64,000 nucleotides of DNA from Candidatus Binatia bacterium (GTDB lineage Bacteria > Desulfobacterota > Binatia > Bin18): NCBI GenBank assembly GCA_963666315.2, contig CAXXHG010000008.1, positions 32,001-96,000 of the forward strand, in the 5' to 3' direction. The notes under the pieces were generated by a model. The model searched no databases. It was given only the letters and a program-made list of their open reading frames with translations, and was not told the DNA's origin. The position numbers and the translations under genes are program-made. This document shows positions 1 to 10,302 of the stretch, one piece after another; position 1 is the stretch's first letter, and every line of letters starts with the position of its first letter.

Positions 1-4
1 CCAA

Positions 5-39
5 AACCATTGTCTATCTGCAGAACCATTGTATATCTG
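5..39. repeat. Imperfect direct repeat AACCATTGT(C/A)TATCTG x2, 19-nt period
   Basis: Copies at 5-20 and 24-39 differ at one base; the repeat abuts the window edge. Confidence 0.6.
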
Positions 40-112
40 AAAGGTTGACAGCCACGCAAGGAGAAAGTGGCCATGCTTTGCCTGGCTGTTCGGTGACCTT
101 GGTGTGAAAACC

Positions 113-141
113 TTGACTTCCTCACAGCGGCTGGGTATAGG
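113..141 (+). promoter_or_regulatory. Putative sigma70 promoter for the HNH gene
   Basis: TTGACT-17 nt-TATAGG upstream of ATG 197. Confidence 0.4.
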
Positions 142-196
142 GGGCGATAACTTAGTCTAATGGAAAACCTGCTGCTTGTGTAAGGGTTTGGAGTAC

Positions 197-802
197 ATGA
201 GCGTTCTCAACAGCAAAGTGCTCGTTCTTAATCGGTCTTACTTTCCGGTGCATGTGACATCCGTTCGCAGAGCATTTTCCTTGTTATATCAGGGTATTGT
301 AAAGGTCGTTGATCAACACTACCGCACCTTTGACTATGAGAGTTGGAGCGCCCTGTCTGCATCAGTTCATGATGAGACCATCGGTCTTATTGATCGCGCG
401 ATCCGTGTACCTCGGGTGATCCTCCTAGTCTCTTATGACCGTGTACCACGCCGACGCGTGCGGTTCAGTCGCTTCAATGTCTTTGCCCGGGATAATAATA
501 CCTGCCAATACTGTGGAAAGCGCTTTGCGCGGCACGAGTTAAATCTCGACCATGTGATCCCGCGTTCTCAGAACGGACTCTCTACATGGGAAAACGTTGT
601 CTGTTCGTGCTTTCACTGTAATCGCGTAAAAGGCGGACGCCGACCGGAGGAAGCCGGGGTGAAGTTGATCAAGAAACCCGTCCAGCCCGAGTGGACGCCC
701 TTTATGCTGGAGACCTTCAGTTTTAAGCGCTATCGCGAATGGCTGCCTTTTCTCAACGAAGTCGACGCAGCCTACTGGAATACGGAATTGCTGGAACGCT
801 AG
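197..802 (+). CDS. HNH endonuclease (McrA-like, HNH_5 type)
   Basis: VLVLN start, RDNNTCQYCG, LNLDHVIPRS, WENVVCSCxxCNxxKG; GGAG before ATG 197. Confidence 0.88.
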   Translation: MSVLNSKVLVLNRSYFPVHVTSVRRAFSLLYQGIVKVVDQHYRTFDYESWSALSASVHDETIGLIDRAIRVPRVILLVSYDRVPRRRVRFSRFNVFARDNNTCQYCGKRFARHELNLDHVIPRSQNGLSTWENVVCSCFHCNRVKGGRRPEEAGVKLIKKPVQPEWTPFMLETFSFKRYREWLPFLNEVDAAYWNTELLER

Positions 803-923
803 CTTTCCGGGTGGATCTCTTTGGATCCACAAGATATAGTAGCCGCATGATCTCAGAGCCCCTTCCCCTTGGGTTGGTTGCCTCAGGAAGGGGGTGGGGA
901 GGATAGGAGGAGTTGTGGGGCAA

Positions 924-3900
924 ATGCGGATCAAACAGCTTGAGCTGCTCGGCTTCAAGTCCTTTAAAAATAAGACAACGCTGACTTTTCCTGCTGGGAT
1001 TACAGCGGTCGTTGGACCGAACGGGTGCGGTAAGTCGAACATCGTTGACGCATTGCGCTGGGTCTTAGGTGAGCAGAGCCCTAAGCAGCTGCGCGGCCAG
1101 GAGATGAGTGATGTTGTCTTCGCCGGAAGCGAGGGGAATGCACCGCTCGGCATGGCCGATGTGACCTTACTGTTGGAGAATACCGATGCCCCGGGTCACG
1201 TTACGAATGGTAAGGGCCATAATGGGGGCGCTCAGGACTGGACGGAAGTTATGATCTCGCGCCGGTATTTTCGTTCGGGTGAGTCGGAGTATCTGTTCAA
1301 CAAAGTCCCCTGTCGTCTGCGCGATATTGTCGAATTCTTTCTTGGGACCGGCGCGGGAACAAAAGCCTACTCTATCATTGAGCAAGGCCGTGTAGACGCC
1401 CTGGTCAGTGCAAAACCGCAAGATATTCGTATATTTGTTGAGGAAGCGGCCGGCACCAGTCTGTATCGGAGTCGTCGCCTGGCTGCCGAACGCAAGCTCG
1501 AGCGTACCCAAGATAATTTATCCCGAGTGGCTGATATTCTGCATGAGATGGATCGCCAGCTTGCCTCGCTGCGCCGTCAGGCGAAAAAAGCCGAGCGGTA
1601 TCGCAGCCTGCAAGACGAGCTGAAGACGGTTGATCTCACCTTGCTGTGTCATGCCTATCAGACCCTGGCTGAAGAGTTGAGTATCTTGAGTGATCGCCTG
1701 AAGGCCCAGGGGCAAGAAGAAGGGCAGCTGAGCCAACAAGCCGAGTCGATGCAGGCTGAACGGTCAGCGACTAGTGCGCGCATAGAATCAGAAGAGGCGA
1801 CGCTGCGAGAACTAGAGGAGCGTTTGCATGCGTTAGAGAACCGGTGCGACCAGGGAGAGCAGAAACACGAGTTTTTGCTTCAGCAAGAAGAGCAGACGCG
1901 GACGAGAACACGCAATGCTGAAGACGAGCGTCGTCTGATGGCCGAGAAGAAAGACGACGTACGACGGGAGCTGATCGAGCTGTCGGGTACGGCTAGAGAT
2001 ATGCTCCAACAGGCTGATGACGATAAAGCCGCCCTGCAGACGCAAGAGCAGGAGCTTGCGACGTTGCAGGACGCTGGCGTGCAGCGAGAGACGCAGGCGG
2101 AAGAACTGAAGACCGAGATCGTTGATTTGCTGACCCAAGAGGCTCAGATCCAAAACACGCTCAGCTACTCGAGAAAACGGACGAGTGAGGTCACCCAGCG
2201 CCTTGATGTCCTGACCAAGGACGCGCAGCAGGTTGAACAGCTGCGCCAAGAGACTGAACAAGCGCTCAGTGCACTGCAGGAAAAATCTATTTGGCTGAGC
2301 CGACGCGTACAACACGGGCAGCAGCAGCGAGAGGAAAAGAGTGGCGGGCTACGTGAGACCCGTAGTGCGGGAGAGCAGCTCGATACGACGCTCTCTGGGG
2401 CCTGGACCAAACAAGCCGAACTCCGCGCGCGCCTGACAACGTTGAAAGAGCTGGAACACGAATATGATCGCTACGCTCAAGGCGTGCAGTCCGTCATGAC
2501 TGATGGTGATTTTCCGGCGTCTGTGCTTGGCGTCGTGGCCCAAATGATTGAGGTGCCCCAAGCGTATGAGCGCGCTGTTGCAGCGGTGCTGCGCGATAAA
2601 CTCGAATATATGGTCGTTGCTGATACGGCGACTGGGGTGGTTGCCGTAGATTATTTGAATCAGGCGCAGTCCGGACATGGGAATTTCGTACCTATACGTC
2701 TGAGGGAAGGGGCGCAAGTTTCTTATCAGCCTGACTCTAATGGACCGGTTTTGGCTACGGTGGGGGAAGGTGTCTCGCCGCTCATGAGCTGTGTTGCCAT
2801 TTCGTCAGAGTATCGGCAGATGATCGAAGCGCTCCTGGGTGATGCTGTTCTGGTCCCAAGTCTGCAAGTCGGTTTGGACCTCTGGAACGGAAATATGAAT
2901 CCCCACACCTATGTCACTCCGCAGGGAGAAATGATCTCAGCCCTGGGTGTGGTCAGCGGTGGCAGTGGTGGAGTAGCCGAAGCGGCTTTACTAGAGCGGC
3001 GGCGAGAAATACGGGGGCTGACACAAACGATAGCTCGGCAAGAAGAAACGGTGGCCGATCTCGTCCAACGGCGTCAGACGGTGAAGCAGCGTCAACACGA
3101 GCTGGAGGGAGAGTTAGCCCGGTTTGAAGCTGAGGCGCGGACCCTGGGCCAAGAGAACGAAGCCCTGCAGCGAGAAGTCGGCAAGTTGGAGGGAGAGCTA
3201 CGGCGTTTGTTGGATAGAGGCGAGGGGATTGGGTACGAACGCAACGTTTTGGAACAAGAGTACCGAACTTTGCGGGCCGAAATGTTGAACGCGCAGATCC
3301 AAGAACAGGAGATTTCCACACAGCGTCAGGAGCGACAGAGCGTGCTTTCCTCTCAGCAGGCTGAAGTCGCCCAAGCCAAAGTAAATCTTGATCGTCAACG
3401 CGCCGCTATCGACGATCTGCGCGTCCGAGTTGCCGAACAGAGAGAGCGCCATGAGGGACTTCAGACCCAGGTGACCCGACTAACGAGTCAGATCCGTGAA
3501 CTGGAAGAGCGTTTGCGGGCCAGCCAGGCTGTGATCACAGCGGGAACGGAAGAGCTGCAGCAGCTGCAGACTGAAAAGGCGGCGTTACGCTCTCACATCG
3601 AGCAGACCCAGGTTGGTCTGGATGCGGCAAAAGAAGAACAAGCCCGGCGACAAAGCGCATGCGCTGCACTCCGTGTTACATACCAGACCTGCGAAGAGCG
3701 CGTCGACGAAATCCGACAGGCAACAACGCAACTGCAGGAAGAAAAAACTCGCATTGAGGTCAGGAGTGCGGAAAAGCGTGTCAGCAGCGCACATCTCGAG
3801 TCCACGGTGCGAGAACGCTATGACTTAGCCTTGACTAGCGTACTCGGGCAGTATGCGACTGAAGAGCTGAATCAAGCTGAGGGCGAAACGCAACGCCAGG

Positions 3901-4517
3901 AATTACGTGAGAAATTGACACGACTCGGTGAGGTGAATCCGAGTGCGGCAACGGAGCTCGCCGAGGTCGAGGAACGTTTCATATTCGTCGAATCCCAAAA
4001 GGGCGACCTGCTCCACTCCATTGAGGATTTACAGAACACCATTCATAAGCTTAATCGCGAGTCTCATGCGCGCTTCCGCGAAACATTTCACCTTGTAGAT
4101 GAGAAGTTTTGTGAGGTCTATGCGCGCTTGGTTGAGGGCGGAAGGGCACAAATATCGCTCACGAATGAAGCCGACTTGTCTGAAAGTGGAGTCGAAATTT
4201 CTGTACAGCCGCCGAACAAACGACTGCGTTCTATGCAACTTCTCTCGGGTGGAGAGAAAGCACTGGTTGCGCTGAGCTTTACCTTTGCACTGTTTTTGAT
4301 ACGCCCCAGTCCGTTCTGCATTCTGGATGAGGTCGACGCTCCGCTGGACGATGCGAATGTTGGCCGATTTAACCAATTACTCCGAGAAATGAGCGAGACC
4401 ACACAGATCGTGCTGATTACGCATAATAAACGCACTATGGAGGCAGCAGATACGCTCTATGGCGTCACGATGCAGGAGCCCGGCGTATCGACCATGGTGT
4501 CGGTTCGTGTGTCCTAA
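924..4517 (+). CDS. smc: Chromosome segregation protein SMC
   Basis: GFKSF, Walker A GPNGCGKSN, long coiled coils with hinge, LSGGEK signature, Walker B ILDEVDAPLD. An in-frame GTG at 915 is an alternative start. Confidence 0.97.
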   Translation: MRIKQLELLGFKSFKNKTTLTFPAGITAVVGPNGCGKSNIVDALRWVLGEQSPKQLRGQEMSDVVFAGSEGNAPLGMADVTLLLENTDAPGHVTNGKGHNGGAQDWTEVMISRRYFRSGESEYLFNKVPCRLRDIVEFFLGTGAGTKAYSIIEQGRVDALVSAKPQDIRIFVEEAAGTSLYRSRRLAAERKLERTQDNLSRVADILHEMDRQLASLRRQAKKAERYRSLQDELKTVDLTLLCHAYQTLAEELSILSDRLKAQGQEEGQLSQQAESMQAERSATSARIESEEATLRELEERLHALENRCDQGEQKHEFLLQQEEQTRTRTRNAEDERRLMAEKKDDVRRELIELSGTARDMLQQADDDKAALQTQEQELATLQDAGVQRETQAEELKTEIVDLLTQEAQIQNTLSYSRKRTSEVTQRLDVLTKDAQQVEQLRQETEQALSALQEKSIWLSRRVQHGQQQREEKSGGLRETRSAGEQLDTTLSGAWTKQAELRARLTTLKELEHEYDRYAQGVQSVMTDGDFPASVLGVVAQMIEVPQAYERAVAAVLRDKLEYMVVADTATGVVAVDYLNQAQSGHGNFVPIRLREGAQVSYQPDSNGPVLATVGEGVSPLMSCVAISSEYRQMIEALLGDAVLVPSLQVGLDLWNGNMNPHTYVTPQGEMISALGVVSGGSGGVAEAALLERRREIRGLTQTIARQEETVADLVQRRQTVKQRQHELEGELARFEAEARTLGQENEALQREVGKLEGELRRLLDRGEGIGYERNVLEQEYRTLRAEMLNAQIQEQEISTQRQERQSVLSSQQAEVAQAKVNLDRQRAAIDDLRVRVAEQRERHEGLQTQVTRLTSQIRELEERLRASQAVITAGTEELQQLQTEKAALRSHIEQTQVGLDAAKEEQARRQSACAALRVTYQTCEERVDEIRQATTQLQEEKTRIEVRSAEKRVSSAHLESTVRERYDLALTSVLGQYATEELNQAEGETQRQELREKLTRLGEVNPSAATELAEVEERFIFVESQKGDLLHSIEDLQNTIHKLNRESHARFRETFHLVDEKFCEVYARLVEGGRAQISLTNEADLSESGVEISVQPPNKRLRSMQLLSGGEKALVALSFTFALFLIRPSPFCILDEVDAPLDDANVGRFNQLLREMSETTQIVLITHNKRTMEAADTLYGVTMQEPGVSTMVSVRVS

Positions 4518-5563
4518 TGGCTGTCCTGTTTTGGCGTCGAAAAAAGAAGCCTCCGACCAGTCCTGCATCGTCTCAGACACCTGCCAGTGGCCATACTGAA
4601 CCCTCGCTTTCAACACCCGTTTCCAAAGAAGCCCGCTGGCGTCGTGGCTTGTTTCGGTTGCGGAGCGCCTTGGGGCGTCCTTTTGAACATATTGGATATG
4701 CGGGTGAGACCCTCTTCTCCGAATTAGAGGAAGTGTTAATCGGGGCGGATGTTGGCGTACAGACTGCATCACAACTTATCGATCAGCTGCGTGACCGCTC
4801 TCGCCGCGAACAACGGGCTGACAGTGCTGCGTTACGGTCGTATCTACAGGAAGAAATGTGCTCTGTGCTCCAGAAAATTTCGTATATCCCCCCCCAGACT
4901 CTGCCTCGTCCCTGGGTCATCTTGGTTGTTGGCGTAAACGGAGTCGGAAAAACGACCTGTATAGCCAAACTGGCTGCTCGGCTGAAAGGAGAAGATAAAA
5001 AGGTATTGCTGGTTGCGGCTGATACCTTTCGCGCGGCGGCGATCGAACAACTGAGTGTCTGGGCGGAGCGACTCGGTGTGGACATCGTTAAACATCAGCA
5101 TGGCGCATCGCCATCAGCCGTTGCCTATGACGGCGTACGAGCTGCCGTCGCACGCCAGGCCCATGTGGTTCTCATTGATACGGCGGGGCGTCTGCATACC
5201 AAAGCTCCGCTCATGGAAGAACTCAAAAAAATGATCCGGGTTATTGACCGGGGAATTCCCGGTGCGCCCCATGACGTTTTTCTGGTCCTGGATGCGGCGA
5301 CCGGTCAGAACGCACTGAGCCAGGCACGGACCTTTCAGACTGCCCTGCCGCTGACTGGGGTGATCCTTGCCAAGATGGATGGATCGGCAAAAGGCGGAAT
5401 AACTCTGGCGGTGAGCGGCCAGCTGGGCGTTCCTATTCGGTATATCGGGTTGGGAGAGCAGGTAGAAGACTTAGAGGAGTTCATTCCTGAGGATTTTATT
5501 GCCGCCCTCTTTAATGAGAATACACAGGAAATTTCCCTTGACGACATGCCTGAGAGGCAATAG
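4517..5563 (+). CDS. ftsY: Signal recognition particle receptor FtsY
   Basis: GVNGVGKTT, DTFRAAA, DTAGR, DGSAKGG; start overlaps the smc stop. Confidence 0.96.
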   Translation: MAVLFWRRKKKPPTSPASSQTPASGHTEPSLSTPVSKEARWRRGLFRLRSALGRPFEHIGYAGETLFSELEEVLIGADVGVQTASQLIDQLRDRSRREQRADSAALRSYLQEEMCSVLQKISYIPPQTLPRPWVILVVGVNGVGKTTCIAKLAARLKGEDKKVLLVAADTFRAAAIEQLSVWAERLGVDIVKHQHGASPSAVAYDGVRAAVARQAHVVLIDTAGRLHTKAPLMEELKKMIRVIDRGIPGAPHDVFLVLDAATGQNALSQARTFQTALPLTGVILAKMDGSAKGGITLAVSGQLGVPIRYIGLGEQVEDLEEFIPEDFIAALFNENTQEISLDDMPERQ

Positions 5564-5566
5564 AGT
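5538..5566 (+). promoter_or_regulatory. Putative sigma70 promoter for zapB-zapA, inside the ftsY 3' end
   Basis: TTGACG-17 nt-TAGAGT about 30 nt upstream of ATG 5599. Confidence 0.5.
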
Positions 5567-5598
5567 GAAGGTGAACTTTTACTTTATTCTAGGGTGGT

Positions 5599-5841
5599 AT
5601 GGCGCTGGAAAGCCTAAAACTTCTTGAAGCAAAATTGAGTGGATTCTTAGAACGCCACGAACAGGTCCGAAGTGAGAACGCAGTGCTCACTTCGCGACTA
5701 GATGAGCAAGAGCGGGAAGTGTCGCTCTTGCTCGAACGTGTCCAGGAATATGAGACTGAACGGGATGAGGTTCGTGACCGTTTAGAGAAAATCCTTACTC
5801 AATTCGGTAATTTAGGTCTTGCTTTGGAAAATGGGGGCTAG
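5599..5841 (+). CDS. zapB: ZapB-like coiled-coil cell division protein
   Basis: 80-aa heptad-rich protein (LKLLEAKL...ENAVL...ERDEVRDRLEKIL) directly upstream of zapA. Confidence 0.7.
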   Translation: MALESLKLLEAKLSGFLERHEQVRSENAVLTSRLDEQEREVSLLLERVQEYETERDEVRDRLEKILTQFGNLGLALENGG

Positions 5842-5844
5842 CAT

Positions 5845-6267
5845 ATGAAACGCTTGATAGAAGTGGAGATCTTTGGACAAACCTTCACCGTTAACAGTGA
5901 AGATGACGAGAAATATGTCCGGAAACTTGCTTCTTTCGTTGACCAGCGCATGCGTGAGATTACGGGAAGTGCGAAAGTCACCGTGCCCCTTCGGGTCGCA
6001 ATTATGGCAGGCCTGAGCATTGCAGACGAGTTGTTTAAGATCAGTCAGCAAGAAACAGACCTCAGGCAAGAAACAGAGCTGATTTCTAGTGGCTTGCTCC
6101 ATAGTCTAGAGCAAGCGCAAGCCCTCGAAAATAGGGCAGCGACGGCGGCAACGGCCGTTGCGACGACGGCGGCAATGGTTGCTGATGGACCGGACTCACA
6201 ATTAGCTCCTCACTCGCCCGTGACCCTTGACGGACAAGAGAAAAAAGCGACTCCCCTTGCCTCCTGA
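5845..6267 (+). CDS. zapA: Cell division protein ZapA
   Basis: VEIFGQTFTV...YVRKLASFVDQRMREI...AIMAGLSIADELF; Ala/Thr-rich C-terminal tail. Confidence 0.88.
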   Translation: MKRLIEVEIFGQTFTVNSEDDEKYVRKLASFVDQRMREITGSAKVTVPLRVAIMAGLSIADELFKISQQETDLRQETELISSGLLHSLEQAQALENRAATAATAVATTAAMVADGPDSQLAPHSPVTLDGQEKKATPLAS

Positions 6268-6269
6268 CA

Positions 6270-6470
6270 GGGAGCTGCTCCGTACGCACAGCCCCCCTCT
6301 TGCGCTCCTTCCCACCCATGAAGAAGATGGGAGGAGATCGCCTGTATAGGCGAAATGCTGGTTTCATATGCATATCAGATGGAGATCCCGGTTTCGGGTG
6401 GTCTCTGGAGAGGTATATAAATGGCACAAGGCGACGAATACGCACGAAGAGGATGAGTATGGGGAAGTAG
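6270..6470 (+). ncRNA. Candidate structured RNA at the usual 6S RNA (ssrS) position
   Basis: About 250-nt zapA-rny gap containing several hairpins (CCCAT/ATGGG, TCGCCT/AGGCGA, GAGATC...GGTCTC); ssrS commonly follows zapA. No diagnostic 6S sequence recognised. Confidence 0.3.
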
Positions 6471-6520
6471 ATACCGGGGCGAGGTTTTTAGACTTTGCTG
6501 TGGTAGGGAGGTCAAGGGTC

Positions 6521-8074
6521 ATGATGGAACTTGTTATTGGACTGCTCATGGGTGCAGCAGCTGCTGGAGGACTCGTCTTCCTGCGCCAGAAATGGAATCA
6601 AGAAACCGTACAAAGCGCAGCGGAGGCTGCGCAACAGATTATTGAAGAAGCGAAAAAAGAAGGCTCGGTCGTCAAGCGTGAAGCCCAGGTGCAGGCAAAG
6701 GATATCATTCTTCAGTCAAAATCAGAAGTTGAGAAGGAGATTAAGGAGCGCCGAAAAGAAACTCAACAGACCGAGCGACGCATCCAGGGACGTGAAGAGA
6801 CTCTAGAGAAACGTGCTGGGGCGCTGGAAGGACGCGAAGATGGGCTGGCTCGGCGAGAGCAAAGCCTCAAAAGTAAGGAAGACAATACGCACAAGAAGGA
6901 GCAGCACTACGACAGCTTGATTGACGAGACGCGCCAGCAGCTGGAACAAACGGCCGGGCTTAGTCGTGACGAGGCCAAGCAATTGCTCATGGACCAAATG
7001 GTTGACGGTGCCAGGCAAGACGCTTCTCGACGTATTATGACTATAGAGGAAGAAGCGCGGGAAGAAGCCACGCGGCGCGCGCGGAAAATTATTAGTGTTG
7101 CGATTGAGCGCTTGGCTGGAGAATTTATTTCAGAACGCACGGCCGCCGTCATTCGCCTGCCGAGCGACGATATGAAAGGGCGTATCATCGGCCGTGAGGG
7201 GCGGAATATCCGGGCGTTTGAAGCTGCGACCGGGGTGGACCTCGTCATTGACGATACCCCGGGAGCGGTTCTCATTTCGAGCCATAGTCCGATCCGGCGT
7301 GAAATTACCCGTGTGGCGTTAGAACGCCTGATTGCAGATGGTCGTATTAACCCGGGCCGCATAGAAGAAGTGGTCAAGAAAGCGGAAAGTGAAGTTGAAG
7401 AGTCCGTCCGTGAAGCAGGACAACGCGCTGTGCTCGAACTCGGTATTAACGGCGTGCATCCTGAAATCATCAAGCTCATCGGGATGCTCAAGTATCGATA
7501 TAGCTACGGCCAGAATGTCCTCATGCACTCGATAGAAACAGCCTATATATGCGGTATTATGGCTGCCGAATTAGGGCTGAATGAGAAGCAGGCGAAACGG
7601 TCCGGATTATTGCATGATATCGGAAAAGCCGTCTCGCATGAGATTGAAGGATCACATGCCATCATCGGTGGAGAAGTGGCCCGAAAGTATGGCGAGTCGG
7701 CAAAAATTGTCAACGCGATTGCCGCCCACCATGAAGAAGTTCGGGCGGAAACCGTTCTTGCGCCGCTTGTTGATGCCGCCGACGCCCTGTCCGGAGCTCG
7801 GCCCGGGGCGCGGCGAGATGTGCTGGAAAGTTATGTGCGGCGACTCGAAGACCTGGAACGGATCAGTGGATCGTTCAATGGGGTCGAAAAGTCGTTTGCT
7901 GTGCAAGCCGGACGTGAGATACGGATTATGGTCAAACCAGGCTCAGTAACGGACGGGGAGGCCTCAAGTTTAGCGAGAGAAGTCGCCAAGAAGATCGAGA
8001 GTGAGATGACTTATCCCGGCCAGATTAAGGTCATCGTCATTCGTGAGTCTCGGTCAACGGAATACGCTCGGTAA
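6521..8074 (+). CDS. rny: Ribonuclease Y
   Basis: N-terminal TM helix, coiled coil, KH motif MKGRIIGREGRNIR, HD motif LLHDIGK; GGAGG RBS before ATG 6521. Confidence 0.96.
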   Translation: MMELVIGLLMGAAAAGGLVFLRQKWNQETVQSAAEAAQQIIEEAKKEGSVVKREAQVQAKDIILQSKSEVEKEIKERRKETQQTERRIQGREETLEKRAGALEGREDGLARREQSLKSKEDNTHKKEQHYDSLIDETRQQLEQTAGLSRDEAKQLLMDQMVDGARQDASRRIMTIEEEAREEATRRARKIISVAIERLAGEFISERTAAVIRLPSDDMKGRIIGREGRNIRAFEAATGVDLVIDDTPGAVLISSHSPIRREITRVALERLIADGRINPGRIEEVVKKAESEVEESVREAGQRAVLELGINGVHPEIIKLIGMLKYRYSYGQNVLMHSIETAYICGIMAAELGLNEKQAKRSGLLHDIGKAVSHEIEGSHAIIGGEVARKYGESAKIVNAIAAHHEEVRAETVLAPLVDAADALSGARPGARRDVLESYVRRLEDLERISGSFNGVEKSFAVQAGREIRIMVKPGSVTDGEASSLAREVAKKIESEMTYPGQIKVIVIRESRSTEYAR

Positions 8075-8077
8075 GGG

Positions 8078-9298
8078 GTGCGTATGTCCCCGTCAGTGGC
8101 AGAACAGCTTAAAGAAATCGAACGTGGAACGGTTGATATCGCTCCGCTGGAGGAATTGAAACAGAAATTCAGGCGTGGAAAGCCTCTGCGCGTTAAGTGG
8201 GGGGCGGACCCGTCCGCCCCGGACCTGCATCTCGGTCATACGGTAGTGCTGAATAAACTGCGCCAGTTCCAAGAACTGGGGCATACGGTTATTTTCTTGA
8301 TTGGCGATTTTACGGCCATGATAGGCGATCCTACCGGCCGATCCGAAACGCGTAAGCCGCTCACCCGGGAGCAAGTCAAGCGCAACGCGGAAACCTACAC
8401 CGCACAGGTTTTTAAGATCCTTGATCCGGACCGCACGGAGGTGCGCTATAACTCGGAGTGGCTCGACGCGCTCTCCTCTGCCGATATGGTGCGGCTGTGC
8501 GGCCACTATACGGTTGCCCGCTTGCTTGAGCGGGATGATTTTGCCAAGCGCTTTAAGACCGGCGTGCCCATACACGTGCATGAATTTCTGTATTCGCTGT
8601 TTCAAGGCTATGATTCTGTCGCCCTGCGTGCCGATGTTGAGCTTGGGGGAACCGATCAGCGCTTTAATCTGCTTGTCGGACGAGAGTTGCAGCGCGCGTT
8701 TGATCAAGAACCGCAAATCGTCGTCACAACGCCGATTCTCGAAGGCACTGATGGGGTGCAGAAGATGAGTAAGTCGCTCGGCAATGCCATCGGTATTACC
8801 GATCCGCCGACTGAGATGTACGGCAAGCTCATGTCCATCTCTGATGAACTGATGCTGCGCTATTATCAACTCCTGAGTGCACTGGATGCGGCCCATGTCC
8901 AGGCTATCACGGACGGCCGTATTCACCCTATGGAAGCTAAGAAGCAGCTTGCGACTGAACTCGTCGCCCGCTTTCATGACGCAGGCGCGGCTGAGGGCGC
9001 GGCTGTGGACTTTGCCCTGCGTTTTCAGCGCCGTGAGCTGCCGAGCGAGATTGCAACCTTTGTCTGGTCAGCTCCGGAACCAAAAGTGTGGATTTGTCAC
9101 CTGCTGCGCACGACCGGATTAACACGTTCGGCGAGTGAGGCCCGTCGTCTCATCCAGCAGGGCGGCGTCCGCGTCGATAGTGAACGGGTGGTAGACTCGG
9201 ACTTGAAAATTCAGGCTCAAGGAGAAACCGTTGTCCAAGTTGGCAAACGTCGCGTCCTCAAGATCGTCTTTGGGGCCGCCGAGATTCCGGCGTCCTGA
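8078..9298 (+). CDS. tyrS: Tyrosine--tRNA ligase
   Basis: [27 protein letters not shown]-terminal S4 domain ([14 protein letters not shown]...VGKRR). Confidence 0.97.
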   Translation: MRMSPSVAEQLKEIERGTVDIAPLEELKQKFRRGKPLRVKWGADPSAPDLHLGHTVVLNKLRQFQELGHTVIFLIGDFTAMIGDPTGRSETRKPLTREQVKRNAETYTAQVFKILDPDRTEVRYNSEWLDALSSADMVRLCGHYTVARLLERDDFAKRFKTGVPIHVHEFLYSLFQGYDSVALRADVELGGTDQRFNLLVGRELQRAFDQEPQIVVTTPILEGTDGVQKMSKSLGNAIGITDPPTEMYGKLMSISDELMLRYYQLLSALDAAHVQAITDGRIHPMEAKKQLATELVARFHDAGAAEGAAVDFALRFQRRELPSEIATFVWSAPEPKVWICHLLRTTGLTRSASEARRLIQQGGVRVDSERVVDSDLKIQAQGETVVQVGKRRVLKIVFGAAEIPAS

Positions 9299-9306
9299 TT
9301 GTCCCC

Positions 9307-10227
9307 ATGCTGTCCCAGTCTGACGCACAGCACCCAGAGTATCGGTGTGGTTTTATCGCCCTGGTCGGGCGACCCAATGTCGGCAAATCAACCTTGCTCA
9401 ACGCCTTAGTGGGTGCTCGGGTCGCCATAGTCTCGCCGAAACCTCAGACAACGCGTACCCGTCTAACTGGGGTAAAAACGGAATCTGACACGCAGCTCAT
9501 TTTTGTTGATACGCCCGGAATTCATGCCCACGCCGGCTCATTGCTGAATCAGCGCATGGTCGATGGTGCGTTCAGAGCACTGCAAGAAACCGATGTCGCC
9601 CTTTTCCTGATCGATGCGGCGCGTGGCATTACCCCCGCCGACGAGCAGATAGCTCGGCGGGTCACGCAACTGAAGACACACGTCCTTATTGTTCTGAATA
9701 AGATAGACCTCATTCCGAAGGTCGGCCTCATTCCCCTACTGAGCCAGTTGGGGACAGTACTGCCGGAACGTGAGGTGATCCCTGTAAGCGCCCTGAAGGA
9801 AGAAAACATCGACGAGTTGCTGTCCGCTGTGAGTCGGGTCCTGCCTATAGGCCCGGCGCTCTATCCGAGCGACGAATTGACCGACCAGAGTGAGCGTGTC
9901 TTAGCCCAAGAGATGGTTCGGGAACAGCTTTTTTTTCAGACTCAGCAAGAAATTCCGTATGAGACGGCCGTCTTGGTTGAACACTTTGAGGAGCACCCGG
10001 ATAAACCGTTGCTGCGCATTCATGCCACGATCTATGTTGAACGGCCGTCACAAAAGGCCATTGTGATTGGACGAAGAGGTATCCGCCTTAAGAAGATCGG
10101 ACAGTCTGCCCGCCAGCGCATGGAAGCGTTTTTTGGCTGCGTAGTGTATCTGGAACTTTTTGTCAAGGTATCAAAAGGGTGGATGAATAGGCTGGCGATG
10201 CTGCGAGAACTCGGCCTGTCGCGTTAG
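9307..10227 (+). CDS. era: GTPase Era
   Basis: GRPNVGKSTL, PQTTR, DTPG, NKID, KH motif IVIGRRG. Confidence 0.96.
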   Translation: MLSQSDAQHPEYRCGFIALVGRPNVGKSTLLNALVGARVAIVSPKPQTTRTRLTGVKTESDTQLIFVDTPGIHAHAGSLLNQRMVDGAFRALQETDVALFLIDAARGITPADEQIARRVTQLKTHVLIVLNKIDLIPKVGLIPLLSQLGTVLPEREVIPVSALKEENIDELLSAVSRVLPIGPALYPSDELTDQSERVLAQEMVREQLFFQTQQEIPYETAVLVEHFEEHPDKPLLRIHATIYVERPSQKAIVIGRRGIRLKKIGQSARQRMEAFFGCVVYLELFVKVSKGWMNRLAMLRELGLSR

Positions 10228-10302
10228 GGAGACCACGATCTTCCGTTCCAATGAGGAGGCCGGCCGGGTGACACACGAGCGGCACGAGAACGGAGTACCA
10301 TA

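Noticed and set aside
6368-6520. 51-aa N-terminal extension of RNase Y in the ORF track
   Set aside because: RNase Y starts with its TM helix and a GGAGG RBS precedes ATG 6521; the extension overlaps the hairpin-rich gap.
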